A stretch of 64,000 nucleotides of DNA. It comes from Nitrososphaeraceae archaeon. Its GTDB lineage: Archaea > Thermoproteota > Nitrososphaeria > Nitrososphaerales > Nitrososphaeraceae. This document shows positions 46,387 to 56,691 of this stretch, piece after piece. The notes under the pieces were generated by a model that saw only the letters and a list, made by a program, of their open reading frames with translations, did no database searches and had not been told where the DNA came from. Position 1 is the first letter of the stretch. Each line of letters opens with the position of its first letter. The translations under genes were made by a program, and so were the position numbers. The stretch covers positions 12,737-76,736 of the forward strand of contig JADDOQ010000001.1 in NCBI GenBank assembly GCA_016782315.1, given 5' to 3'.

Positions 46387-48111
46387 ATGAAATACCCAAA
46401 AGTTGTTTTGACTGCTGACAGAACTTTAATGTCTCCTTATAGAGGAATCTCCCTTGCATCTTTTTTTGGCTGTGCCCCAGCTCTTGATATAAACCGTAGT
46501 CCTGATTCCTTTTGGTATAAAGTTCTAGGTAATCAGGTAACTCCTAAATTACTTTTTGATTTTATTTGCAATCCAATTGGCCATGTAAATGGACGGGCTA
46601 GTTATGCTCCTTATGGCCTAAGAAAGATTGAAGCGTCATTGTTGAGAGATGGTTATTCAAAGGAAGATGTGGTCGTTGCCCATCCTGATTTTGTTGAAAA
46701 GTTTATAGGCCCTGAAACTGAATTTGTAGGAACTTATGAAATGGATCCTTTAGGAATGGGTCCAGTTACCATGACTTTTACTTATGGGCGAAAACAAATG
46801 TCCTATGATGAATATTATAATAGGGATTTACATCGTAAAATTAACAACGCAAAGGAAAAAAACAAGAGCAAAGCCAAGGTTGTGGTTGGGGCTTCAGGCA
46901 CTTGGCAATATAATTATGACCCTGCAAAAATCGAAGAATACGGACTATATGCTATTATGGAGGGTGACCTCGGTGGTATTGGACCTGAAATTGATGGAGC
47001 TGGAAGAAGCTTTTTTGATGCTATAATAAATAATGAATTAGAAACAGCAAATCCTTTTAAAAAGTCGAAATTTAGAGTTGAAGTTAAAGAATTTAACAGA
47101 AAAGATAGGAAATACCATGGACGATTTATCCATTATTCTGACGAGCCTAATGTAGACGAAATACCAAATATTGTTAATCCCAGCATGCACGGGATGATTG
47201 AAGTAATGAGGGGATGCGGTAGGGGCTGTAAATTTTGCGATGTTACATTGAGACAATTAAGATATTATCCTGTGGAAAAGGTACAAAAAGAAATAGAAGT
47301 CAATATGAAGTATGGTGGCTTAAAAAATGCCTGGATCCAAAGTGATGATATTTTTGTTTATGGCTTAAATCCAAGGACAACAAAAAACATGCAACCTAAT
47401 AGGGAGGCTCTTGAAGAACTTTTCAAAGGGATAATGGAAACGGGTATTGAGCATACAAATCCTACACATGGAACGCTCGCAGGTGCAATTGCCGATGAAA
47501 AGTTAATTCCAAGCCTTTCTAAAATTATAAAATCCGGTCCGGGAAACCATATTGGTGTACAATGTGGTTTGGAAACGGGGAGTATTAGGTTAATTGGTAA
47601 ATATGCCGATAGGAAACTTGCACCTTATAAACCATCTGAATGGCACTGGGTAGTTAAAGAAGGTGTGAAAACCCTTAACGAATACTATTGGGTGCCTGCA
47701 TTTACCCTTATTATGGGACTTGATAATGATGAAAGTGCAGATGACAGCTGGGAAACAATTCAGTTAATTCATCAATTAGAAAAAGAGCAACCTGACTCTA
47801 AATTTACTGTTACACCATTAACCTTTGTCCCGATTGGGTTGCTTGAGAAGTCCGAATTTTTTGATATAGGAAATACCATGGATCCCGCAAAATTAGGCGT
47901 CATGTATAAAACATGGCAACACAATTTTAAATATGCGATCCACAAATTTATGCATAAGGTAGGTCAGAACGATCCTTTAAAGAAATACTTTTTTGCTTCT
48001 TTGGCAAAGACATTGGGTGGAGTTCCATTAAACGCAATGGAAAAGTATGCTAGGCGTAAAAGCCCAGAGCATGAAAGGGTGATCGAAAAAATCAAAGCGC
48101 AATACGCTTGA
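46387..48111 (+). CDS. COG1032-type radical SAM protein; Grs-like paralogue 2
   Basis: CGRGCKFC; VVLTADRTLMSPY, APYGLRKIEASL and MDPLGMGP; clearly homologous to 5835-7409. Confidence 0.8.
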   Translation: MKYPKVVLTADRTLMSPYRGISLASFFGCAPALDINRSPDSFWYKVLGNQVTPKLLFDFICNPIGHVNGRASYAPYGLRKIEASLLRDGYSKEDVVVAHPDFVEKFIGPETEFVGTYEMDPLGMGPVTMTFTYGRKQMSYDEYYNRDLHRKINNAKEKNKSKAKVVVGASGTWQYNYDPAKIEEYGLYAIMEGDLGGIGPEIDGAGRSFFDAIINNELETANPFKKSKFRVEVKEFNRKDRKYHGRFIHYSDEPNVDEIPNIVNPSMHGMIEVMRGCGRGCKFCDVTLRQLRYYPVEKVQKEIEVNMKYGGLKNAWIQSDDIFVYGLNPRTTKNMQPNREALEELFKGIMETGIEHTNPTHGTLAGAIADEKLIPSLSKIIKSGPGNHIGVQCGLETGSIRLIGKYADRKLAPYKPSEWHWVVKEGVKTLNEYYWVPAFTLIMGLDNDESADDSWETIQLIHQLEKEQPDSKFTVTPLTFVPIGLLEKSEFFDIGNTMDPAKLGVMYKTWQHNFKYAIHKFMHKVGQNDPLKKYFFASLAKTLGGVPLNAMEKYARRKSPEHERVIEKIKAQYA

Positions 48112-48127
48112 TTTAAATTTTTATTAG

Positions 48128-49027
48128 CTATTTTACCTCCTTCTCAATTATGCTGATTAGCGATGCTATATCAGCTATAAAATTTCCTTTGAAATTATTT
48201 TCAAATTTTTCAATTATTTTTTTTGTGGAAAAAACTATTGTTTTGACTTTATTTGCCTGTTCGATTTCATCTACTGCTGCAGATAGGAATTTTATTGACA
48301 TTTCGTTGTAGGAAATTATACATATACAGATTTTTTCTTTATTTCTATTCAATAGCTTATTTATGTATCTCTGGAAGTCGATATCAAAAAATGGATCAAT
48401 ATATTTCTCTACGTTTCCAATGACTGTAGAGTTGATTTTAATCTTTTTAGCGTAAATGTTTATAATACTGCATATGGGCAAAGAATCGTCATCACCTGCA
48501 ACAATAACAAGTAACATATTCCTGTGAATGCTGCTTTCATGAATTACATTGCAGTTTCTTAATAGGCCTAAAGATTCTGTTAGGTTTGTTATCAAATGGA
48601 TCTTCTCTGTTTTTCCGATTTTTCCCCTGTTATGTAGTTCGAAAAGAGTATTTAAGACTGGAAGGCAAATATCTATAATTATTTTCTTTAAATTAATTTG
48701 TTTATTTAATATGCTTAGTATAATGTTCTGAGATATCTCTTTATCCCCATTTATTAAAGATATTATTAATTTTTGCTGCAGTTCGATATAGTTTTCGTCT
48801 TTTGTGTCAAAATTTACTATTCCTGGATCCAAAAACCAAAAATTGACTGAACCGATTTTTTTTCTATTGATGATTTTTTGAAAGTATAATATATCGAGAT
48901 ATTTCGAAATAGTAATTCTATTTGTTCCTATTTTCTTTGATATTTCTGTACTAGACATAGGGTTGTTATTACGAAGTAGTTCTATTACCTCCTTTTGAAT
49001 ATCTGATAAATTATATCTCTTATACAT
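48128..49027 (-). CDS. wHTH regulator fused to a B12-binding-like cap and Rossmann domain
   Basis: N-terminal SSTEISKKIGTNRITISKYL; central four-helix cap-like segment (LINGD...IIIDICLPVL...RGKIG); C-terminal Rossmann-like domain. Confidence 0.7.
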   Translation of the reverse strand: MYKRYNLSDIQKEVIELLRNNNPMSSTEISKKIGTNRITISKYLDILYFQKIINRKKIGSVNFWFLDPGIVNFDTKDENYIELQQKLIISLINGDKEISQNIILSILNKQINLKKIIIDICLPVLNTLFELHNRGKIGKTEKIHLITNLTESLGLLRNCNVIHESSIHRNMLLVIVAGDDDSLPICSIINIYAKKIKINSTVIGNVEKYIDPFFDIDFQRYINKLLNRNKEKICICIISYNEMSIKFLSAAVDEIEQANKVKTIVFSTKKIIEKFENNFKGNFIADIASLISIIEKEVK

Positions 49028-49096
49028 TGCCTATTTCTTTATCTTGAAATGATCAAGTATACAAGATATTTAAGTGATAAAAAAATACAAATTATA

Positions 49097-49783
49097 TTAT
49101 GATTTAAATGCTGAAGCTAACTCAAATATTTTTTCGTACCAATTATTTGCTTTGGTGATGCTGCTAGAAACCAGTATTCCTTTTGCTCCATACTCTAATG
49201 CCATTTTAACATCTTCATTTTTATTTATTCCTGCTCCACAAATTAATTCAGATATTTGACCTTTCATATTTACCATCTGTTTGCATTCGCGGATTAAGAA
49301 CGGTTTTTCGGATGAGATTGATTTCTGGGTACCAATCAATTCTGGTGGCTCTATTGCAATATAGTTGGGTGCTAGCTCTAGAATTTCCTTTAATTCTTTT
49401 GTTGTTTTTACGCATACAAAAGACAACAAATTTAATTCTTTTAGTTTTTCTATCAATTGCTTTATTTCCGTTGTTTCTATGGGGTGTTCACTATGATTGA
49501 TCAATGAACCCGTAGCCCCTATCTTATCTATTATTTCAGATACATAGTATCCAGTCGTAGACCCGGGCTTTTTTAAATCAACGTGCTGCGATATAACTTT
49601 TAGATTGGTCTGTTTTACTATCAATGCTAAAGAGGGTTGTGGAGGAGAAACGATAATCTCAACATCTAGCCTCTCACTAACCTTCTCTGCATCCTTTACA
49701 AGTTTTATTGTGTTGTCCCCCGATGTTTCCAAGTAATTCTTTAGGTTGATGATTAGAGGACCATCTTTCTTAATTTTCATCAT
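49097..49783 (-). CDS. tpiA: Triosephosphate isomerase (archaeal type)
   Basis: INLKNY, QHVD, NHSEH, EPPELIGT and GAGI. Confidence 0.95.
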   Translation of the reverse strand: MMKIKKDGPLIINLKNYLETSGDNTIKLVKDAEKVSERLDVEIIVSPPQPSLALIVKQTNLKVISQHVDLKKPGSTTGYYVSEIIDKIGATGSLINHSEHPIETTEIKQLIEKLKELNLLSFVCVKTTKELKEILELAPNYIAIEPPELIGTQKSISSEKPFLIRECKQMVNMKGQISELICGAGINKNEDVKMALEYGAKGILVSSSITKANNWYEKIFELASAFKS

Positions 49784-49792
49784 TAGAAATTA

Positions 49793-50875
49793 TTACTTGA
49801 ATTTTTCATTTAGTTTTGAAATTCTTGCCTCATATCCTTTATTATATTCAAGCTCGTCTGGAACCAAAGTAGCTGGATGTACAAATCCTTGAACCCTTAT
49901 CATCATAGCTCTTTCAACTGCCATCATCCTCTGATAATCCCAGTCTGAGGTACCAAAGCCGTCGTGAGGACCGGTAAATTTACCATTGTGCATACTGAAT
50001 AACAAACAGGAAACTATTGGGATTGAATAATTTAGGCTTGCAGCAGAGTTTAGTTTTATTGGCATCAAGGGCATATGATGACTTCCTCTTGTGTTTCCTG
50101 CTACAATGTGTGATTCATTAAACGCACTTCCAGCTTCTTCTGTTGCAGGGAAGTTTTTTTGAGTCCTAACTATTGATATTGGGTCATCTTTTCCCACATA
50201 TGTGCCAGCAATATTGTGCAGCCTGTCAGTAGATGATGAAACTATTTGTTCCCCATTATGAGACAAAACTGAATGCACTACATATCTTCCCGGATACATG
50301 AGCGCAGCTTCAATTTCGGGTTTATCATTCCATAGTTTTAGATCTGCAATCTTTCCGGTCATTACATCCATAATCCTAAATATTGATCCCTTAGCCAATT
50401 CCTCGTTTATAATCAGTCCTGTATTGCTTCCAGTATCTACAAACATTCTCCAAAAGGGAAAATTGTATGCCCCTGGTTCAGTTTTATCAGCTGCGAAGAC
50501 GCAGAATACTTCACTTGGCCTCTCTTCCATTTCTATCTCGGCAACACCAGGTCCCATGCCTTTTACGTTTCCAGAAAATGAATCTTTTAGCAAATCTTGA
50601 CCGGCTCCATAAAGCCCCTGCTCTTTTGCAAGTTTGGTTCCCTCAGTAAAAGCGTCCCATGCTAGTTTGTGTATCTCCTTATTGTCCACGCCTAAAGTAT
50701 GACTCATTATGATGTGAATGTCATCGCCCGTGTATCCAATGTATTTGTCAATAAGCATTCCTTTTCCGTTTTTCATTACGTAATCCTTAACAGTTTGAAC
50801 TAATTCGTCACTGGGTCTAGTGTGTCCTCCTATACCTCCAATGTCTGCCTTTATTGCTGAAACCGTTATTTTCAT
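49793..50875 (-). CDS. fbp: Bifunctional fructose-1,6-bisphosphate aldolase/phosphatase
   Basis: IKADIGGIGGH, GLYGAGQDLL, DKTEPGAYN and YVGKDDP. Confidence 0.96.
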   Translation of the reverse strand: MKITVSAIKADIGGIGGHTRPSDELVQTVKDYVMKNGKGMLIDKYIGYTGDDIHIIMSHTLGVDNKEIHKLAWDAFTEGTKLAKEQGLYGAGQDLLKDSFSGNVKGMGPGVAEIEMEERPSEVFCVFAADKTEPGAYNFPFWRMFVDTGSNTGLIINEELAKGSIFRIMDVMTGKIADLKLWNDKPEIEAALMYPGRYVVHSVLSHNGEQIVSSSTDRLHNIAGTYVGKDDPISIVRTQKNFPATEEAGSAFNESHIVAGNTRGSHHMPLMPIKLNSAASLNYSIPIVSCLLFSMHNGKFTGPHDGFGTSDWDYQRMMAVERAMMIRVQGFVHPATLVPDELEYNKGYEARISKLNEKFK

Positions 50876-51120
50876 AAACAATTTGCCTTTAATGTTCTTT
50901 AAAAATTTTGTGCAAGTGTTTTTATTTAATGTGGTGCTCTTTTGGTGTGTCCATAAAAACTTAAATGCTTGTTATAACCTATTGTGATGTCATGGATATA
51001 CTTGAAAATGAATTGATGTTACCATAATTTTAGTTAAATATTGAAGCTTTTTACTGCATTTGGGGTTCTCGTTGCCAAAAAAAGTAACTAATAAATACCC
51101 ATTATTTTTACTTTACTACT

Positions 51121-51378
51121 ATGCGTGATGCAAACTTAATCAAAATTATGATTGAAGAACGTGCTTTAGTAAAACTAATCAAAACCATAGGTGAGAAAGA
51201 GTACTCTACCAGAGACCTATTGAAAAAACTTGGCGCATATGGATATGGGCATAAGTTATTGATCAAAGCAGAGGATAGGGGATTAGTAGAGAGAAGCAAT
51301 GTTAAAAATAAAACCTACAACAAATTAACAAAAGAAGGCAAGAAAATAATCAAATTAGCTAAAGAGATAGGCGTCTAA
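51121..51378 (+). CDS. Small winged-helix protein (85 aa)
   Basis: STRDLLKKLG and the wing NKLTKEGKK. Confidence 0.7.
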   Translation: MRDANLIKIMIEERALVKLIKTIGEKEYSTRDLLKKLGAYGYGHKLLIKAEDRGLVERSNVKNKTYNKLTKEGKKIIKLAKEIGV

Positions 51379-51459
51379 ATCAATAAAATATTTATATTAA
51401 ATTTTATTTTTTATCTTAACAAAAGAGTTAAATTATTTGCTGTATTACGCTCGCCTGCT

Positions 51460-52647
51460 ATGAATAAAGTTATACTTGCCTTTTCGGGAGGGCTGGATAC
51501 CTCTGTATGCGTAAAATATTTACAAAAATTACATAACTTGGATGTAATTACATTAACTGTTGATGTAGGACAAGATGATGATTTTGATGAAATTGAGAAA
51601 ATCTCTTCGGATTTAGGATCAATTGACCACATCTATATTGATGCCAAAGAAGAATTCGTTAACGAATACGTTGCGCCTGCAATAAAAGCAAATGCTTTGT
51701 ATCAACAAGAATACCCACTTGCAACTGCTATTGCTCGTCCCTTGATTGCAAAGAAGTCTGTAGAGGTAGCTAAAAAACACGATGCTACATCAATTGCTCA
51801 TGGATGTACAGGAAAGGGGAACGATCAAATTCGTTTTGATATTACTATCAAATCACTAAATCCTAATATAAAGATCATTGCACCCATTCGTGATCTTAAC
51901 CTTACTAGGGATAAAGAGATAGATTTCGCTAAAGAAAACGGTATTAAAATAAGTGAAATATCAAAAAAATACAGTATTGATAAAAATTTATGGGGTAGAT
52001 CGATAGAAGGGGGTATTCTTGAAGTCCTCGAAAATGAACCATTGGAAGATGCTTTTGAATATGTTAAATTCGATAATAATTCTGTTGGTAATGTCGACAT
52101 AGGTTTTGAAAATGGAGTACCAGTATCCATAAACGGTAAAAAAGAAGAATTGCCATCTTTAATAGACAAACTAAATCGTATAGCTGGTTCATTTGGGATA
52201 GGTGTTGTTGATCACATTGAGGACCGTGTAATAGGGATAAAATCAAGGGAGGTTTATGAAGCCCCTGCTGCTTTAATCCTTATACGCGCTCACAAAGATC
52301 TTGAAAAACTAACATTAACAAGTCATGAACTTCGCTTTAAGGCAATGGTGGAAGAGCAGTGGTCATGGCTAGCTTACTCCGGATTATGGCTAGACCCATT
52401 ACTTTCAGATCTCAATCAGTTTATAGAAAAAACTCAAGAGAGAGTAACAGGAAAAATAAAGGTTAAAATGCATAGTGGATATTATAGGGTAATAGGGAGA
52501 GAATCAAAATTTTCATTGTATAACAAAGATATTGCGACCTATTTGTCAAATTCAAATTTTGATCAAACTATGGCTAAAGGGTTTGTAGAACTGTGGGGTT
52601 TGCCATCCATAACAGCTAATACTGTAATTTCAGACAATAATGCATAA
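51460..52647 (+). CDS. argG: Argininosuccinate synthase
   Basis: AFSGGLDTS, HGCTGKGNDQIRF and IKSREVYEAP. Confidence 0.97.
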   Translation: MNKVILAFSGGLDTSVCVKYLQKLHNLDVITLTVDVGQDDDFDEIEKISSDLGSIDHIYIDAKEEFVNEYVAPAIKANALYQQEYPLATAIARPLIAKKSVEVAKKHDATSIAHGCTGKGNDQIRFDITIKSLNPNIKIIAPIRDLNLTRDKEIDFAKENGIKISEISKKYSIDKNLWGRSIEGGILEVLENEPLEDAFEYVKFDNNSVGNVDIGFENGVPVSINGKKEELPSLIDKLNRIAGSFGIGVVDHIEDRVIGIKSREVYEAPAALILIRAHKDLEKLTLTSHELRFKAMVEEQWSWLAYSGLWLDPLLSDLNQFIEKTQERVTGKIKVKMHSGYYRVIGRESKFSLYNKDIATYLSNSNFDQTMAKGFVELWGLPSITANTVISDNNA

Positions 52648-52649
52648 AA

Positions 52650-53522
52650 ATGGTTAAATTATGTATTTTCTTTGATAAATTGCGTTTCGAAGAAAAATCC
52701 CTCTATGAGACAGCTATAAAAAACGGAATTGATTGCAATCTGGTTGATTCTAAGAACGTTATTTTAAATACAGAATATCTGACCTCAAATGATTTACGTT
52801 TTGGGGAGATAATATTACAAAGAAGTATCAGTCATTTTAGAGGACAGTTCTTAACGGTTTGTCTGGAAATGCTAGGATATGATGTGATAAATAATTCAAA
52901 AATAGGGGAGATTTGTGGAAACAAATTGTTAACTTCTATGGTTTTAAAAAAAAATAATGTTCCTACGCCAAAATCCATTTTTTCGTTTAACTATGATTCA
53001 GCTTTTAACATTATTGACGAGCAGAATTTAGAAAAAAACCCCCTGGTTTTCAAACCTATATTTGGATCATGGGGCAGAGGTGTATTCCCTGTTAGAAATA
53101 AGGAGGTGGGAAAGATGATTGTTGAAATGAGGCAGGAGAATCCGAGTACATTTTCGAACATTTATTATTTTCAAGAACTGGTTGACAGGCCGCCAAGAGA
53201 CATTAGATGTATAGTTCTAGGAGAACATGTTGTGGCTGCTATCTACCGTTATTCATCCAGTGAAGAATGGCGAACAAATGTTTCAAGGGGTGGAAAAGCT
53301 GAAAAGATAAAGATAACATCCGAGTTGGAAGATGTTGCTGTTAAAGCCGCAAATGCGGTTGGAACTGGTGTTTTAGGAATAGATATGATGGAGGATAAAG
53401 AACATGGGCTGTTGGTCCATGAGGTAAACAACACTGTGGAATTCAAAGGGGCCAGCTCCGCTACTGATATCGATATAGCAAAATTAATAATTGAATATAT
53501 GGTGGATATATACAAAAAATAA
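52650..53522 (+). CDS. argX: RimK/LysX-family ligase, ArgX-like (LysW--glutamate ligase)
   Basis: ATP-grasp KPIFGSWGR and EVNNTVEFKGA. The Gly after EFK is the ArgX-type signature; follows argG. Confidence 0.8.
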   Translation: MVKLCIFFDKLRFEEKSLYETAIKNGIDCNLVDSKNVILNTEYLTSNDLRFGEIILQRSISHFRGQFLTVCLEMLGYDVINNSKIGEICGNKLLTSMVLKKNNVPTPKSIFSFNYDSAFNIIDEQNLEKNPLVFKPIFGSWGRGVFPVRNKEVGKMIVEMRQENPSTFSNIYYFQELVDRPPRDIRCIVLGEHVVAAIYRYSSSEEWRTNVSRGGKAEKIKITSELEDVAVKAANAVGTGVLGIDMMEDKEHGLLVHEVNNTVEFKGASSATDIDIAKLIIEYMVDIYKK

Positions 53523-53648
53523 ACCCCTCTTATATAACTACCAAAAATTTAAATGAGGATTGTTTGACGGTTTATTATTTATGAGATTCTGCATTGATAA
53601 TATATTTTTCAACGGTAAAAATAACGGTCCCAACGTGAGGGTATCTAC

Positions 53649-54701
53649 ATGAAGGTTGGAGTGATTGGAGCATCTGGATATGTGGGTGGAGAGTTATTAC
53701 GTCTTTTAGTCACCCACCCTGAAATAGAGATTTCGACTGTTACGTCAAGACAACAGGCTGGAGAGTATGTTCATAGGGTCCATCCAAGTTTGAAAAATTT
53801 CATTACTTTGACATTTTCCGACATGAATCTAGACAAAATAACAAATTCTTGTGACTTGGTATTTGTTTCTGTCCCCCATGGAAAATCCAATAAAATTATC
53901 AATGATTTGCTAAAAAGCGGGGTAAAAATAATAGACCTTTCTGCAGACTTTAGACTTAAGGATCCTCAAGATTATGTGAAATGGTATGGGTGGGAACATC
54001 CATTTCCTGATTTATTGTCAAAATCCGTATATGGTGTACCCGAATTTCACCGAGAAGAGATAAAAAATGCCCAATTGGTTTCCTGCCCGGGCTGTATGGC
54101 AGTTACGTCATTGCTTGCATTAAAACCATTAATAGAAAATGATTTAATTGATACGGATCATATTATTGTTGATAGTAAGATAGGATCATCAGGAGCTGGC
54201 GCAAAATCAAATGCTGGGACACATCATGCTCTCAGATATGGTGTGGTTAGACCTTATAAACCAGCAAAACATCGTCATACTGGGGAAATAGAGCAGGAAT
54301 TAGGTCTTCTCTCCAAAGTTAAAGTTCATGTCAGTATGACCCCCCATGCAGTTAATTTGGTGAGAGGGATATTGACTACTAATCATGTGTTTTTAAAAAA
54401 GCAGTTAAATGAATTAGAGTTATGGAAAATTTACAGAAATGCCTATAAAAATGAGATGTTCATAAGGCTGATAAGGGACAAAAACGGATTCTATAAATTT
54501 CCAGACCCTAAATTTGTGGTGGGTTCAAACTTCTGCGATGTTGGATTTGACATCGATGAGGGTAACAATAGGGTTGTGGCTCTTTCAGCATCTGATAACC
54601 TTATGAAAGGCGCAGCAGGGTCTGCAATACAAAACATGAACGTAATGTTCGGATACGATGAAATGGCGGGGCTGAAACTTACTCCGCTTACACCAGTATG
54701 A
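53649..54701 (+). CDS. lysY: LysW-gamma-aminoadipyl/glutamyl-phosphate reductase
   Basis: GASGYVG, CPGC and DNLMKGAAG. Confidence 0.93.
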   Translation: MKVGVIGASGYVGGELLRLLVTHPEIEISTVTSRQQAGEYVHRVHPSLKNFITLTFSDMNLDKITNSCDLVFVSVPHGKSNKIINDLLKSGVKIIDLSADFRLKDPQDYVKWYGWEHPFPDLLSKSVYGVPEFHREEIKNAQLVSCPGCMAVTSLLALKPLIENDLIDTDHIIVDSKIGSSGAGAKSNAGTHHALRYGVVRPYKPAKHRHTGEIEQELGLLSKVKVHVSMTPHAVNLVRGILTTNHVFLKKQLNELELWKIYRNAYKNEMFIRLIRDKNGFYKFPDPKFVVGSNFCDVGFDIDEGNNRVVALSASDNLMKGAAGSAIQNMNVMFGYDEMAGLKLTPLTPV

Positions 54702-55498
54702 TTGTTATTAAGTTAGGCGGAAGTGTTGTAGAGGGATTACATTCTTCTATATTGGATGATTTTGCAGAGTTATGTAAAACGGAAAAAATTGTTGTAGTCC
54801 ATGGTGGAGGGAAAGATGTTACTAATGTTGCCAACCAGATGGGCATAGAACAAAAATTCATCGTGTCACCAGAGGGTAAACAAAGCAGATATACCGATAA
54901 AGAGACATCAATGATATATACCATGGTTATGTCTGGAAAGATAGGCAAAAACATAACTGCCATGTTATCTAGTAAGGGTATACTATCAGCTGGGATAACT
55001 GGAATAGATGGCGAAACTATTAGGGCTATAAGGAAAAAAAAATTAGTTATTTTAAATGAGAAAGGAAGGAAAATGATTATTGATGGCGGATATACTGGTA
55101 AAGTTTCTTATGTCAATTCTAAACTAATAAATGTTTTATTGGATAGTGGCTATCTGCCTGTGATCTCTCCTATAGCTCTAGGCGAAGGGTATGAATTCTT
55201 AAACATTGATGGCGATAGAGCTGCTGCAAACATTGCTGGTGCATTAAAATCGGACATTGTTATTTTTATAACAAATGTAAGTGGGTTAATGATGGAAGAA
55301 CGGTTGATTAGTAATCTTACTTTGGATGAGGCTACTAAATTATTGCCTAAAATTGGTCCCGGTATGGAAAAAAAAGTGTTGGCTAGTACAGAAGCATTAA
55401 ATCTAGGTGTAAAAAAAGCAATAATAGCATCAGGCTCAGTTAAAAACCCTATTTTATCTGCCCTTGCACATGATAATTGCACGGTGATACTGAAATGA
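54698..55498 (+). CDS. lysZ: LysW-gamma-aminoadipate/glutamate kinase
   Basis: IKLGGS, VHGGG, NIDGDRAA and GMEKK. Confidence 0.93.
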   Translation: MIVIKLGGSVVEGLHSSILDDFAELCKTEKIVVVHGGGKDVTNVANQMGIEQKFIVSPEGKQSRYTDKETSMIYTMVMSGKIGKNITAMLSSKGILSAGITGIDGETIRAIRKKKLVILNEKGRKMIIDGGYTGKVSYVNSKLINVLLDSGYLPVISPIALGEGYEFLNIDGDRAAANIAGALKSDIVIFITNVSGLMMEERLISNLTLDEATKLLPKIGPGMEKKVLASTEALNLGVKKAIIASGSVKNPILSALAHDNCTVILK

Positions 55499-56691
55499 AC
55501 TCCGTTGTAGACGAGGAACATTTTGTGGGTAATATTTATCAGCGATTTCCAGTGAATGTAGTTAAAGGCAAAGGATGTAGCCTTTGGGATACCGATGGGA
55601 AAGAATACATTGACTGTATGGGAGGATATGGGGTTGCTTTAGTGGGTCATTGTAATGATATGGTTGTTAACGCAATCAAAAAACAGGCGGAACAGCTTAT
55701 AACTTGCCATATGTCTTTGTATAATGATTCAAGGCTAGAGTTTCTCAACAAAATTTTTACAATAGTGCCCAAAAGACTAAACAGAGTGTTTTTTTCCAAC
55801 AGCGGAACCGAATCCGTTGAAGCTGCTATTAAATTCTCAAGAAAATATACCACTAAAAAGGGTATCATTGCATTGAACGGATCTTACCATGGGAAAACAT
55901 TTGGTGCGTTGTCTGTTACGTACAATGAAAAATATCGTAAATCCTTTATGCCCTTGTTAGATGGTGTTGATTTCATATCTTACAGTGATCTTGAGAGACT
56001 CGACGACATAATCCACAATCCGAATAATAATATTGGAACTATAATCGTCGAACCTATACAAGGTGAAACGGGGATAATAGTTCCGCCAGAAGGTTTTCTA
56101 AAAAAAATACGTAATATATGTGATAAGTATAGTTTGGTATTGATTTTTGATGAGATTCAATCAGGTTTAGGTAGAACTGGAAAGATGTGGGCAGGCCAAC
56201 ATTGGGGTGTAGAACCTGATATTATGTGCCTGGCAAAGGGAATAGCAGGAGGGGTGCCAATGGGTCTTACACTTGCCCGTTCTGAAATTCTCGATTGCAT
56301 TAAAGTTGGGGAGCATTCATCAACATTTGCGGGGAATCCGCTTGCCTGTGCTGCGGGCTCTGCAACAATAGATTCATTGGTGGATGATAACTTGGTTGAA
56401 AATTCAAAAAGAATGGGGTTGATTTTTAAGGAAGGTCTATTGCGTTTAAAAGAAACTCATAAAATCATTCGCGATGTCCGGGGATTTGGAATGATGTTGG
56501 GGATGGAGATGAAATTTGATATCAAAGATATACTTTTTGATGGCATCAGAAACGGTATTTTGTTGTTATATTCAGGTAGGAACATTTTGAGGTTGCTTCC
56601 ACCTTTGGTGATGGATGAAGATATAACCAAAAAATCAATTAATCTAATAGATAATTTAATTACTAGTGAGGAGAAAAGGCGAACTGTCTGA
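55495..56691 (+). CDS. lysJ: LysW-gamma-lysine/ornithine aminotransferase
   Basis: NSGTES, DEIQSGLGRTG, AKGIAGG (PLP Lys) and STFAGNPLA; ATG overlaps the lysZ stop. Confidence 0.93.
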   Translation: MNSVVDEEHFVGNIYQRFPVNVVKGKGCSLWDTDGKEYIDCMGGYGVALVGHCNDMVVNAIKKQAEQLITCHMSLYNDSRLEFLNKIFTIVPKRLNRVFFSNSGTESVEAAIKFSRKYTTKKGIIALNGSYHGKTFGALSVTYNEKYRKSFMPLLDGVDFISYSDLERLDDIIHNPNNNIGTIIVEPIQGETGIIVPPEGFLKKIRNICDKYSLVLIFDEIQSGLGRTGKMWAGQHWGVEPDIMCLAKGIAGGVPMGLTLARSEILDCIKVGEHSSTFAGNPLACAAGSATIDSLVDDNLVENSKRMGLIFKEGLLRLKETHKIIRDVRGFGMMLGMEMKFDIKDILFDGIRNGILLLYSGRNILRLLPPLVMDEDITKKSINLIDNLITSEEKRRTV

